From the NCBI GenBank assembly GCA_047284725.1, contig JBJBEO010000001.1, positions 2,040,203 through 2,104,202 on the forward strand: a stretch of DNA of 64,000 nt, read 5' to 3'. The notes under the pieces are model-generated. The model did no database searches. It had not been told where the DNA came from and saw only the letters and a program-made list of their open reading frames with translations. The position numbers and the translations under genes were made by a program. Positions 10,456 to 19,365 of this stretch are shown piece by piece. This stretch comes from Synechococcus sp. (GTDB lineage: Bacteria; Cyanobacteriota; Cyanobacteriia; PCC-6307; Cyanobiaceae). Position 1 is the stretch's first letter. Each line of letters opens with the position of its first letter.

Positions 10456-10956
10456 TCAGTCAGTGTGTTGCACGGACACGGTTGCCGGCTCCATCCACCA
10501 GGCGCGCATGGTCTGATCTGATGCCAGGATCACCATCAAGCCTGGTTGATGCGACCAGTGGCGATCCGTTGCTGAGGGCACGGCCGGGCCATCGAGATGC
10601 GAGTGCGCAGTACCGATCACCGCAAGGCCCCTGCTCCGTGCCCAGCGCTGGGCATGAATCTGCTCTCGGGGATCCAAGGCAAATCGCGTCCTCCTTGAGG
10701 GCTGGGGCATGGAGGCGTGGGTTGGAGCTGGCCCTTCCGGCAGGGCCGCCAAACCTGGACGCCAGACATTGCAACAGGGCCAGACCTGCTGCAGCGACCA
10801 GCCATCCCGCCGACGTCGCCCGAGCAGCTGGGCGCATCCCTCGTCCGGCAGGGCAGCGGCCAACGTGCGGCGAAGAATGATCAGGACATCGCCACTAACA
10901 AACAGCTGCCATGGCGTTGAGGCGGGGTGACCGATACGCTCAACCCAAATTGGCAT
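10456..10956 (-). CDS. M67/JAB (MPN+) metallopeptidase; start uncertain
   Basis: PDEGCAQLLG and JAMM motif HSHLDGPAVPSATD. Confidence 0.8.
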   Translation of the reverse strand: MPIWVERIGHPASTPWQLFVSGDVLIILRRTLAAALPDEGCAQLLGRRRRDGWSLQQVWPCCNVWRPGLAALPEGPAPTHASMPQPSRRTRFALDPREQIHAQRWARSRGLAVIGTAHSHLDGPAVPSATDRHWSHQPGLMVILASDQTMRAWWMEPATVSVQHTD

Positions 10957-10969
10957 TTGTTCCAGGCCC

Positions 10970-11356
10970 ATGAGTGAGGACACCACTGCGGTTCAGGACC
11001 CTGCACCCTCCGCATCCGCGTCTGCAGGTGACAGCAGCAGCACGGAAACGGTCAATTTCACTGAGCGCTACAGCGAAGTGCTGGGCAAAGTGAATGACAC
11101 CCTCGACCAAGTCGACTGGAGCCAGGTAGGTCGCATCGGCAAGGTGGTCGGCATCTTCGCTGCGGTGATCGTGGCGCAGATTCTGATCAAAGGAATCCTC
11201 GACACCATCAATCTTCTTCCGGTGGTGCCTGGTCTGCTCGAACTGCTGGGCGTTGTTGTCGTTGGCCAGTGGAGCTGGAAAAACCTCACCACAAGCGACA
11301 AGCGTTCGGCGTTCCTGAGCCGCGTGCAGGCACTGCGAAACGAGTACCTCGGCTGA
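10970..11356 (+). CDS. CAAD-domain (CurT/CURT1-like) thylakoid membrane protein
   Basis: 128 aa, two hydrophobic segments, ILDTINLLPVVPGLLELLG...W...R motif. Confidence 0.8.
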   Translation: MSEDTTAVQDPAPSASASAGDSSSTETVNFTERYSEVLGKVNDTLDQVDWSQVGRIGKVVGIFAAVIVAQILIKGILDTINLLPVVPGLLELLGVVVVGQWSWKNLTTSDKRSAFLSRVQALRNEYLG

Positions 11357-11357
11357 T

Positions 11358-12242
11358 TCAGCCGAAACAACGCTCCAACTGGCGGATGGCCTGCCTGCAT
11401 TGCTGCTGGTAACCACCGCCGAACAGATTGGCGTGATTGAGCAGGTGATACAGGTTGTAGACCTCAATGCGGTCTGAAGCTCCAGAAGCCAAGGGCCATT
11501 CCTGCTCATAGGCCGCATAAAACGCTCGACTGAATCCTCCGAACAAGTGGGTCATCGCAAGGTCCACCTCCCGATCAGCCCACCAGCAGGCGGGGTCGAT
11601 CAGTAAGCCGCGACCATCGCTCAGAACGCCGGCGTTGCCCCCCCAGAGATCGCCATGCACCAAGCAGGGTGCCGGCGCATGCGCATTGAGAACCGCCACC
11701 AGGCCCTGCAACCAAGACGACTTCATCCCAACGTCTAGTCCCCAGGTCTGTGCCTGGCACAGCTGTGGCTGCAGACGCAACTCAATGAACGCGTCTCCCC
11801 AGTTGTCACGCCAACCGCCCGGTTGAGACCCCAGACCGATGAAGCCATCGCTGGGCCAGCCGAACTGTCCCGCCGCGCGCTCGCATGAGCACCGATGCAG
11901 GCGAGCAAGGCCGCGGCCAAGAGCGGTCTGATCGCCCCGCTCCTGCTCCAGCCAGGGCAAGACCAGCACTCCACCGTCCGGGCCCACCGGCAGCAGTGCC
12001 AACGGTTCAGGCACCACCAGCTCACGGGGATCAGCGGCTGCATGGAGGGCCTCCAATCCCCGCCGCTCAGCATCGAGCATCACCAGGCTGCCCTGCTTGG
12101 CGAACAGCAGGCGTCCATCGCTGAGGGAAAGACGCCAAACCTGCTGACTGCACCCTCCTCCGAGGCTGCGGCAATGGTCGAGGCGGGCTCCTGCCAGCAG
12201 ACGGGGGGCCTCCCCAAGGATCCGCTCCAGTTCTGCCTGCAT
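11358..12242 (-). CDS. Fructosamine kinase family protein
   Basis: LGGGCS, LVHGDLWGGN, IDPA, DREVDLAMTHLFGGF, YNLYHLLNHANLFG. Confidence 0.9.
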   Translation of the reverse strand: MQAELERILGEAPRLLAGARLDHCRSLGGGCSQQVWRLSLSDGRLLFAKQGSLVMLDAERRGLEALHAAADPRELVVPEPLALLPVGPDGGVLVLPWLEQERGDQTALGRGLARLHRCSCERAAGQFGWPSDGFIGLGSQPGGWRDNWGDAFIELRLQPQLCQAQTWGLDVGMKSSWLQGLVAVLNAHAPAPCLVHGDLWGGNAGVLSDGRGLLIDPACWWADREVDLAMTHLFGGFSRAFYAAYEQEWPLASGASDRIEVYNLYHLLNHANLFGGGYQQQCRQAIRQLERCFG

Positions 12243-12278
12243 TCACACCCTGCACCCTTGCACTGCCAGCATGCCGTG

Positions 12279-13796
12279 ATGGAGCCAGCTAAGGACGTAC
12301 TCGTGATCGGCGGAGGGATCGCCGGGCTCACTTCCGCCGCTCTTCTGGCCAAAGCGGGCTTGACTGTGACCCTGCTGGAAGCCCATCGCCAACTGGGTGG
12401 TTGCGCGGGCACCTTTCGACGGGGGCCCTACACCTTTGATGTCGGTGCGACCCAAGTGGCAGGACTGGAGCCCGGCGGCAGCCATGCCCGCATCCTGGGG
12501 CACCTCGGCATGCCCCTACCCGCCGCTGAGCAGCTGGATCCAGGCTGCGTCGTCGACCTGGCGGATGGCTCTGCGCCCATTCCCATCTGGCACGATCCCG
12601 CACGCTGGCAGCAGGAACGGGACCAGCAGTTTCCAGGTTCGGAACGCTTCTGGGCGCTCTGCACCTGGCTCCACCAGCACAACTGGTCGTTTGCCGGTCA
12701 AGACCCCGTCCTGCCGGTGCGCAGCGGCTGGGACCTGCAACGAACCCTGCGAGCCATCGGGATCGGCACGCTCCTGAGCAGCCCGTTCAGCCTGATGACC
12801 GTGGCCGACCTCCTCACCCTCTGTGGGTGCCGCCACCACACACGCCTACGGCGGTTTCTCGACTTGCAGTTACGTCTCTATTCGCAGGAACCCTGCGAAC
12901 GCACTGCCGCCCTCTACGGCGCCACCGTGCTGCAGATGGTTCAAGCCCCTCTCGGGCTATGGCACTTGCAGGGCTCCATGCAGGTGCTGAGCGATCAGCT
13001 GGCGGAAGCCATCCGCCGCGATGGAGGAACGATCCACGTCAGGCAACGGGTGACTCGGCTGGAGCGCAGAACCCCTGGCAGTTGGTGCGTGCACAGCGTC
13101 CATCCAGACGGAACCTCCAGGCAGTGGCGATGCCAGGACGTGATCAGCAGCCTGCCGCCCCAGTGCCTGCCGTCCCTGATGCCTGCGTCGCCAACGGGAT
13201 CCCCTTTACCGGCCAGTTACCGGCGCCGAATCACCAGTCTTGAAGCACCCAGCGGCGCATTGGTGCTCTATGCCGCCCTCAATCGAGACCTACTCCCTTC
13301 TGACTGTCCCGCCCATCTGCAGCGAGACGGCCAGAACCCTGGCTCGCTGTTTGTTTCGATCAGTCGCGACGGCGATGGCCGGGCGCCGCAGGGCCAAGCC
13401 ACGTTGATTGCCAGCGTCTTCACCGATCCACGGGTCTGGGCAGATCTCAAGGAGACCGATCACCAGCAGCGCAAACAGCAAACACTCACCACGATGCGCG
13501 AAACCCTCGAGCAGTGGCTAGGTATTCCCCCTCAGGGCTGGACACACCTTGAACTCTCCACCCCGCGGGCTTTTGCCCACTGGACCGGACGCCCGCAGGG
13601 CATCGTTGGGGGACTCGGCCAGCACCCCTCACGCTTTGGCCCCTTCGGTCTGGCTAGCCGCAGCCCGGTTTCAGGACTCTGGCTCTGCGGGGATTCCATT
13701 CACCCCGGAGAAGGCACAGCCGGGGTGAGCCTCTCGGCCCTGATGGCCTGCAGCCAGCTGATGGCCGCCCGGGGCCGATCACTCACCCTCCCCTAA
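12279..13796 (+). CDS. crtD: CrtD-like FAD-dependent carotenoid desaturase/oxidoreductase
   Basis: VIGGGIAGL Rossmann motif, FDVGATQVAG, LCGDSIHPGEGTAGVS. Confidence 0.75.
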   Translation: MEPAKDVLVIGGGIAGLTSAALLAKAGLTVTLLEAHRQLGGCAGTFRRGPYTFDVGATQVAGLEPGGSHARILGHLGMPLPAAEQLDPGCVVDLADGSAPIPIWHDPARWQQERDQQFPGSERFWALCTWLHQHNWSFAGQDPVLPVRSGWDLQRTLRAIGIGTLLSSPFSLMTVADLLTLCGCRHHTRLRRFLDLQLRLYSQEPCERTAALYGATVLQMVQAPLGLWHLQGSMQVLSDQLAEAIRRDGGTIHVRQRVTRLERRTPGSWCVHSVHPDGTSRQWRCQDVISSLPPQCLPSLMPASPTGSPLPASYRRRITSLEAPSGALVLYAALNRDLLPSDCPAHLQRDGQNPGSLFVSISRDGDGRAPQGQATLIASVFTDPRVWADLKETDHQQRKQQTLTTMRETLEQWLGIPPQGWTHLELSTPRAFAHWTGRPQGIVGGLGQHPSRFGPFGLASRSPVSGLWLCGDSIHPGEGTAGVSLSALMACSQLMAARGRSLTLP

Positions 13797-13808
13797 GGAA
13801 CAGCCTGG

Positions 13809-14696
13809 TCAGAGAAACTCTGAGCGCAGCTGCTGGCTATGGGCCAGCACGCTCTCAAGCTGATCCCAGTTCTCTTCAAGGATCGCCTCCTCCAGCTGCT
13901 CAAGGCTCCAGCGATAGGACGCCAGCCCCCGCAGCACCGCTGCGGTGTTGCGCGCTGCCATCGCCGTGCCCAGCTGAGGATTGCCTCCTCCCACCCGAGT
14001 GGTGTCAGCAAAGCCGCTGGAGGCAAGCTGACGCGCCAACTCGAGCACCGCTGGATCCCGCTCCGCTGCCACAGCCTGCAGCAGGGCAGCACTCACCAAC
14101 ACCGGCACGTGGGAGATCAAGGCCACCGCTTGATCATGACGATCAGCCTCGGCTAGCAGCCAGCGACTGCCCAGCGCCTTGGCCGTCTGCTCCACCATCG
14201 CCAAGGCAGAGGCATCGGTGCCGGCTTCGGGTGTCGCCACCCAGGGACGACCACGGAATAAATCGCGCACACCCGCTTCCACTCCCGCCTCGGCCGTACC
14301 AGCCATCGGATGACTGGCGACAAACCGGGGATGGAGAGAGCTCCAGGCACGGAGCACGGATTGCTTCACCGACCCCACATCGGTGATCACCGCCCGCTGC
14401 GGCAACGACCTCACCAAGATGGGATCAGGGTCCAGTAGACGCTCCAGCGGCAGAGCAAGGATCACCAGATCACAGCCCTCCAGACTCTGAGGATCGGTAC
14501 TCACCTCCTGCACAAGGCCCCGCTCCAGAGCGCGATCCGCTGTGACCTGGCGATGGGTCACTCCCCTGACACGGCACCCCAGCGCCTGCAGATCCAGACC
14601 CAGCGAGCCTCCGATTAATCCCAGCCCCACCAAGCCCACTGTTGATGGCAGGGTGACCTGTTCGGCCCCATCGCTCTGCATCGCCACCCGATCCAA
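13809..14696 (-). CDS. tyrA: Prephenate/arogenate dehydrogenase
   Basis: GLGLIGGS, TDVGSVK, HPMAGT, HDQAVALISHVP, SGFADTTRVGGGNP. Confidence 0.9.
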   Translation of the reverse strand: MDRVAMQSDGAEQVTLPSTVGLVGLGLIGGSLGLDLQALGCRVRGVTHRQVTADRALERGLVQEVSTDPQSLEGCDLVILALPLERLLDPDPILVRSLPQRAVITDVGSVKQSVLRAWSSLHPRFVASHPMAGTAEAGVEAGVRDLFRGRPWVATPEAGTDASALAMVEQTAKALGSRWLLAEADRHDQAVALISHVPVLVSAALLQAVAAERDPAVLELARQLASSGFADTTRVGGGNPQLGTAMAARNTAAVLRGLASYRWSLEQLEEAILEENWDQLESVLAHSQQLRSEFL

Positions 14697-14762
14697 TCAC
14701 TCCATGTTGATGGAGCGTCCAGCGTGAACCAACACCAGCAAGGCCCCTCTTAGGCTCTGCCA

Positions 14763-16211
14763 ATGCTGGAAGCCCTCGCCCATCAGCAGCTCAAACACCT
14801 GCTGCAGAGGGACCGCTCAGCCTGGCCCCACCACCTCACCCTGAGCAGGCTTGTCGCGCGTGGGCTGCGGCGACGGGACCGAGCGCTGTTTCAACTCGCC
14901 CCAGGCAGTCAGGACCAGTGGTGGCTGGGAGTTTTGGTGCCACTCTGCCTTCAGAGCCAGCGGGCCGTGCTGGTGCTCGAAGAAGCCGAGAAGCGGCGCC
15001 TGCTCCAGGTGGAGCGACCCCGATTGCAAGCAGCCGGCCTGGCTCTCGCCTGCTGGATGGAGCCAACAGCGCCGACAGGGAATCAACTGTGGGTCCTTTC
15101 CAGCGCTGATCTGGTGACGGCCCACCGGCGGGGCATGCTGCAGCCAGACCACCAACTGATCATTCCGAATGCGGAATGTTTCAGCCAAAGGCTGCGTCAG
15201 GCCCTTTCGGTGACGATCGCTCCGCCTGACTGGGAACGGTTGCGCCAGGCCCATCCCTGTGCCGATACCGCCCTGCTCGAACTGCATGAACGCCTGAGTC
15301 GACGCCTCTTTGCCGAAGCCGCCCGTACCGATGCACAGATGCGCCTCGATCGCAGTGAACTGGTCGCTCTTCGTGATCTGGTGGGGTTGCTCAATCCTCT
15401 GCCCGATCCATGGCCACAGCTCACCGATATCAACCCCGATCACTGGGTGAGCTGGGCAGCCCTCGACCATCATTTATTGCAATGGCGCTGGCACCTCGAT
15501 GTGCTTGAGCCCTTGCAGGAGCTGCAAGAGCTGCTGGCTCCACAGCCGGCCCTGCTGATCAGTGGCAATGGCCAGACGGCACGTCTGCAGCAGGAACTCG
15601 CCTCAGCGGGTTTCAGCGCCGATGTGATGGTGCACCTACGGGAACCCTCCCTTCTGGAACCCCTCCCCCTGTTCGCGCCTCGCCGCCAACCGCTGCCTAA
15701 CACGGAGATTTACTCCGAGCACCTGCTCGACCAGTCACGGCGCCTCATCCTGGGCCGCACCGGACTGACCGTGGTGCTGCTCGATGACAGCGGCATGCGA
15801 CAGCGCCTTGCCAGCGAACTGGCGGGTGAATTTGGCAGTCGCGTGATTCACGAAGCCACCACTCCCGACAGCAACGGCGTGATCTGCTGCCGCTGGAGCT
15901 GGTGGCAGACCCATCAGGATCACTTGCCTTCACCTGAGCAGATGATCGTGGCCCTGCTGCCCATCGCCAGCCTGGAATCTCCTCTCACAGCGGCCCGAGT
16001 GGAAACTCTGAAGCGTCAAGGCCGCGACTGGTTCAGGGAATTGCTGCTACCCGAAGCCCTGGCGGTATTAGCCCCCGCCGTCGCCCCTCTCCGTCACGCC
16101 GGTGGACGACTGGCCATCCTCGACGGACGGGTGCATGGCCGGAGCTGGGGGGAACAGGTGCTGGCAGCGTTGCAACCCTGGACTCCCCTTCAGCGCCTGC
16201 TACCCAACTGA
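14763..16211 (+). CDS. DinG-like helicase C-terminal domain protein (degenerate)
   Basis: 482 aa; LPIASLESPL...DWFRELLLP...LAILDGRV...SWG resembles the DinG helicase C-terminus; no clear Walker A. Confidence 0.6.
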   Translation: MLEALAHQQLKHLLQRDRSAWPHHLTLSRLVARGLRRRDRALFQLAPGSQDQWWLGVLVPLCLQSQRAVLVLEEAEKRRLLQVERPRLQAAGLALACWMEPTAPTGNQLWVLSSADLVTAHRRGMLQPDHQLIIPNAECFSQRLRQALSVTIAPPDWERLRQAHPCADTALLELHERLSRRLFAEAARTDAQMRLDRSELVALRDLVGLLNPLPDPWPQLTDINPDHWVSWAALDHHLLQWRWHLDVLEPLQELQELLAPQPALLISGNGQTARLQQELASAGFSADVMVHLREPSLLEPLPLFAPRRQPLPNTEIYSEHLLDQSRRLILGRTGLTVVLLDDSGMRQRLASELAGEFGSRVIHEATTPDSNGVICCRWSWWQTHQDHLPSPEQMIVALLPIASLESPLTAARVETLKRQGRDWFRELLLPEALAVLAPAVAPLRHAGGRLAILDGRVHGRSWGEQVLAALQPWTPLQRLLPN

Positions 16212-16275
16212 CGACTTGAGACGGATGTCTCTGGGATCACAGCTTTAGGCTGCCTCAGCCTGATTAACGCTCCGC

Positions 16276-16515
16276 ATGGGAGAAGCTCGTCGCCGCGCCA
16301 GTCAGGGATTGCCGCCAAAGACCATCAAACCCGCAGCTGGATCGTCGGAACGGGTGGTCCCTTGGCTACCTCTCACCAAACAACAGACCAGCCAGTTCAT
16401 GGCGATCACCACCCGAGGTGCCTGGATCGGCATCGGCGGCATGGTTGCGATCTGGGTGGTGGTGCGCTTCATCGGCCCCGCAGCTGGCTGGTGGACGCTT
16501 GCCGATACCCCCTGA
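16276..16515 (+). CDS. DUF2839-family small membrane protein
   Basis: MGEARRR N-terminus, PWLPLTK, GAWIGIG, VRFIGPAAGWW. Confidence 0.75.
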   Translation: MGEARRRASQGLPPKTIKPAAGSSERVVPWLPLTKQQTSQFMAITTRGAWIGIGGMVAIWVVVRFIGPAAGWWTLADTP

Positions 16516-16658
16516 GGCTGCTTCGCTCGCCCAAGTCCGTCGCCCAGCCGATTGCCAGGATGATGGTGAGACCAAGACAGTGGCCGCAGGCCGGCTCACC
16601 CCGCTCGCACCAATCTAAAGAAACAATTTAAGATTTATGGGTCCCTTGAGGTCGCGCC

Positions 16659-17030
16659 ATGTTTCTGCGCTTGGCACAGCAATACCGCGCAGTTGTGCAC
16701 GACCTGGTGATGAGCCTTCAGGCTCTCGCGAACAGCCTGAAGAAACGGGGTCTCAGCGCCACTTGCTACGTCTGTGACGATGGCAGCGATGGCCATGGTG
16801 CATCGTTCGTCGCCGACCTCGGTGATCAGCACATGGTGCGCTTTCTTGTCTCTGATTTCGGCATCAGCTGGGTGGAATCCCGCAACGGTCGGGAGCTGGT
16901 CAAGCTTGAGGGAGCTGAAGCCATTCAGGAACTTCAGCGCGTGTCCCAGTTCCTCGAAACCGTTCCACCACACCTGAAGCCCACCGCCAACAGCTCAGCC
17001 TCGAGCAGGGAAGCGACGCCTCCCTGCTGA
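16659..17030 (+). CDS. DUF1815-family conserved cyanobacterial protein
   Basis: MFLRLAQQYR...DLVMSLQALA...ATCYVC...RFLVSDFGISW. Confidence 0.75.
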   Translation: MFLRLAQQYRAVVHDLVMSLQALANSLKKRGLSATCYVCDDGSDGHGASFVADLGDQHMVRFLVSDFGISWVESRNGRELVKLEGAEAIQELQRVSQFLETVPPHLKPTANSSASSREATPPC

Positions 17031-17063
17031 ATCAAGGGGCCTCTCAGACCCTGAGCACTGACC

Positions 17064-18245
17064 TCAGGCTGCTGCCGAAGGTGCCTTGGCACCGCTGGCC
17101 TTGACCTCCGCTTCTTTGGAGGAAGCTTTGCTCTCCGCCGAGCCAGAGCCCGATTTGGCGGCTGCACTGCGGGCAGCAGCCGCAAGAGGGCGCATGGAAT
17201 TCGACGTCACCTCTGAGCCCTCAGTGAGCTTCTGACGCACCAACCCCTCAATCACCTGGGTTGCTTCAGGGTTCTGTTCGAGCCAACCAATGGTGTTGTC
17301 GCGACCCTGGCCGATATTGTCGCCGTCGTAGCTGTACCAAGCCCCCTTCCGGATGACCACGCCGGTTTCTTCGGCGAGATCGAGGAGACACCCCAAGGTG
17401 CTGATCCCACGCCCAAACAGGATGTCGAACTCGGCAATCCTGAACGGAGGGGCCACCTTGTTTTTCGCCACTTTCACCTTGGCCCGGATGCCGTATTCCT
17501 CGGTCCCCCGCTTCAAGGTCTGAATGCGACGGATATCGAGCCGCACCGAGGCATAGAACTTGAGAGCGTTACCACCTGTCGTGGTCTCGGGATTGCCATA
17601 GGTGACGCCGATCTTGAGACGCAGCTGGTTGAGGAAGATCACCGTGCAACCGGATTTTCCGATATTGCCGGTGATCTTGCGCATGGCCTGACTCATCAAA
17701 CGAGCCTGGCTACCGACAGCGAGATCGCCCATCTCGCCCTCGATCTCCGCGCGGGGAGTCAGCGCGGCAACAGAGTCAACAACAACAATGTCGACGGCAG
17801 CGGAGCGCACCAGCTGGTCAACGATCTCCAGCGCCATCTCGCCGGTATCGGGCTGAGAGACCAACAGATTTTCGATGTCGACCCCGAGCGACGCTGCATA
17901 AACAGGATCAAGAGCGTGCTCAGCGTCCACAAAGGCGGCAACGCCACCACGCTTCTGCACTTCGGCGATGGCATGCAGGGTGAGGGTGGTTTTACCGGAG
18001 CTCTCCGGGCCGTAGACCTCAACAACACGGCCTTTGGGATAACCGCCACCGAGGGCGAGATCCAGCGTCAGGGCACCGGTGGGGATGGTTTCCACCCGCA
18101 TCCGGGACGCATCCCCCAGACGCATGATCGAGCCCTTGCCGAAATTGCGCTCGATCTGACCAAGCACAAGGTTGAGGGCTTTGTCGCGCTCGCCGGGGCG
18201 GGCATCGGATCCGGAGGACTGGGCGGCTTTCACGTCAACTGGCAT
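17064..18245 (-). CDS. recA: Recombinase RecA
   Basis: [56 protein letters not shown]. Confidence 0.99.
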   Translation of the reverse strand: MPVDVKAAQSSGSDARPGERDKALNLVLGQIERNFGKGSIMRLGDASRMRVETIPTGALTLDLALGGGYPKGRVVEVYGPESSGKTTLTLHAIAEVQKRGGVAAFVDAEHALDPVYAASLGVDIENLLVSQPDTGEMALEIVDQLVRSAAVDIVVVDSVAALTPRAEIEGEMGDLAVGSQARLMSQAMRKITGNIGKSGCTVIFLNQLRLKIGVTYGNPETTTGGNALKFYASVRLDIRRIQTLKRGTEEYGIRAKVKVAKNKVAPPFRIAEFDILFGRGISTLGCLLDLAEETGVVIRKGAWYSYDGDNIGQGRDNTIGWLEQNPEATQVIEGLVRQKLTEGSEVTSNSMRPLAAAARSAAAKSGSGSAESKASSKEAEVKASGAKAPSAAA

Positions 18246-18375
18246 GGCAGGAAAAGCTAAAGGGCTAGTGGGCGTTACAGGCCGCGAAGCAGGACGGAGC
18301 ACAAAGCGCTGCAACCAAGCCAAGAGGCACTGAACAAACGTTTCAATGCCCCCAACAAGATCACCCGTCCCATGT

Positions 18376-18389
18376 AGTACAGATGTACG
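18376..18389. promoter_or_regulatory. LexA (SOS) box upstream of recA
   Basis: AGTACAGATGTACG matches the cyanobacterial LexA consensus RGTAC-N3-DGTWCB; about 130 nt upstream of the recA ATG. Confidence 0.8.
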
Positions 18390-18397
18390 TTAACGAA

Positions 18398-19177
18398 TCA
18401 AGTCCAGTCCGCCAAGGGGGTCAGCATGCGGGCCTGATCGAGGAGGTGAATCCCCTGGGGCAAAGCCTCCCGATCATGGGGGCGAAGGTAACCCCAGTCG
18501 GCCAGGAAGCAAGGCAGGGTCTCCAGCCCAGAGGTGGCCTTGACCGTCTCAAGCGTGGGGCGGCGGTCCTCCACAAAGCCAGCCAGAGAACGCTCGGTCC
18601 TGAGCTGCAGCAGCACGTCGGGCTTGGTCCCAGCCTCATGACCAAACAACAACTGGGGCCGCAGCGCGAATCCATCGAGCAACTCCGCAGTGAAAGCTCG
18701 CCCCTTGGTGGTGAGCACCGCCCAGTCAAAACCTTCAGCACCGAAGCGGCGCAGGCGTTCAGGCACCCCCGCGAAGGGGCGATGACGCGCCAGCCAAGTG
18801 GAACGATCCTCGGCAACAGCTGCGCTGCGCACCTGTTCCAAGGCCACCTGCAGTTGTGGAGGCGTCCAACCCCGAGCCACAAGCGCTCGCTTGCAATGGT
18901 GGGCATAGCCCTGCACAAAATCCTCAACTCCCTCGCGGAGCAGGGGGGCCTCAGGGTCTTGCAGAAGCACTGCGATCAGAACCATCTCCCAGCCGTGATG
19001 AATCCAGGGCCTGAGCTGCCTGAAAACCTCCGGCACGGACACAGGCAGACGGTCCTCGGCGTTCGATGACGACGGCAAGAGCGACAGGCAGGCAGCTCTG
19101 GCACTCCACCAGTACTCCTCCATACCGTCGACGATCACACCATCGAAATCAAAAACGAGAAGGGGTCGGTTCGACAC
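18398..19177 (-). CDS. HAD-superfamily hydrolase
   Basis: FDFDGVIVD motif I, LTTK, FVEDR, ADWGY. Confidence 0.85.
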   Translation of the reverse strand: MSNRPLLVFDFDGVIVDGMEEYWWSARAACLSLLPSSSNAEDRLPVSVPEVFRQLRPWIHHGWEMVLIAVLLQDPEAPLLREGVEDFVQGYAHHCKRALVARGWTPPQLQVALEQVRSAAVAEDRSTWLARHRPFAGVPERLRRFGAEGFDWAVLTTKGRAFTAELLDGFALRPQLLFGHEAGTKPDVLLQLRTERSLAGFVEDRRPTLETVKATSGLETLPCFLADWGYLRPHDREALPQGIHLLDQARMLTPLADWT

Positions 19178-19192
19178 CGGATCTCCTTAAAA

Positions 19193-19264
19193 CTGGGCCG
19201 CTAGGATTCGAACCTAGGAATGGCGGGACCAAAACCCGCTGCCTTACCACTTGGCGACGGCCCA
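19193..19264 (-). tRNA. tRNA-Gln(TTG)
   Basis: Reverse complement TGGGCCGTCGCCAAGTGGTAAGGCAGCGGGTTTTGGTCCCGCCATTCCTAGGTTCGAATCCTAGCGGCCCAG. Confidence 0.97.
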
Positions 19265-19365
19265 ACGCGCAATCGACGATCCCGAAGGAAGCTGACTGGT
19301 GCCTGAATAGTTACCCACAACGCCGTGGCCTTCGTCAATCCATTGTCAGGGGAAAATCTGGTCAA

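Noticed and set aside
11895..12278. N-terminal extension of the crtD-like ORF
   Set aside because: Overlaps the divergent fructosamine kinase gene; the FAD-binding motif starts right after ATG 12279.
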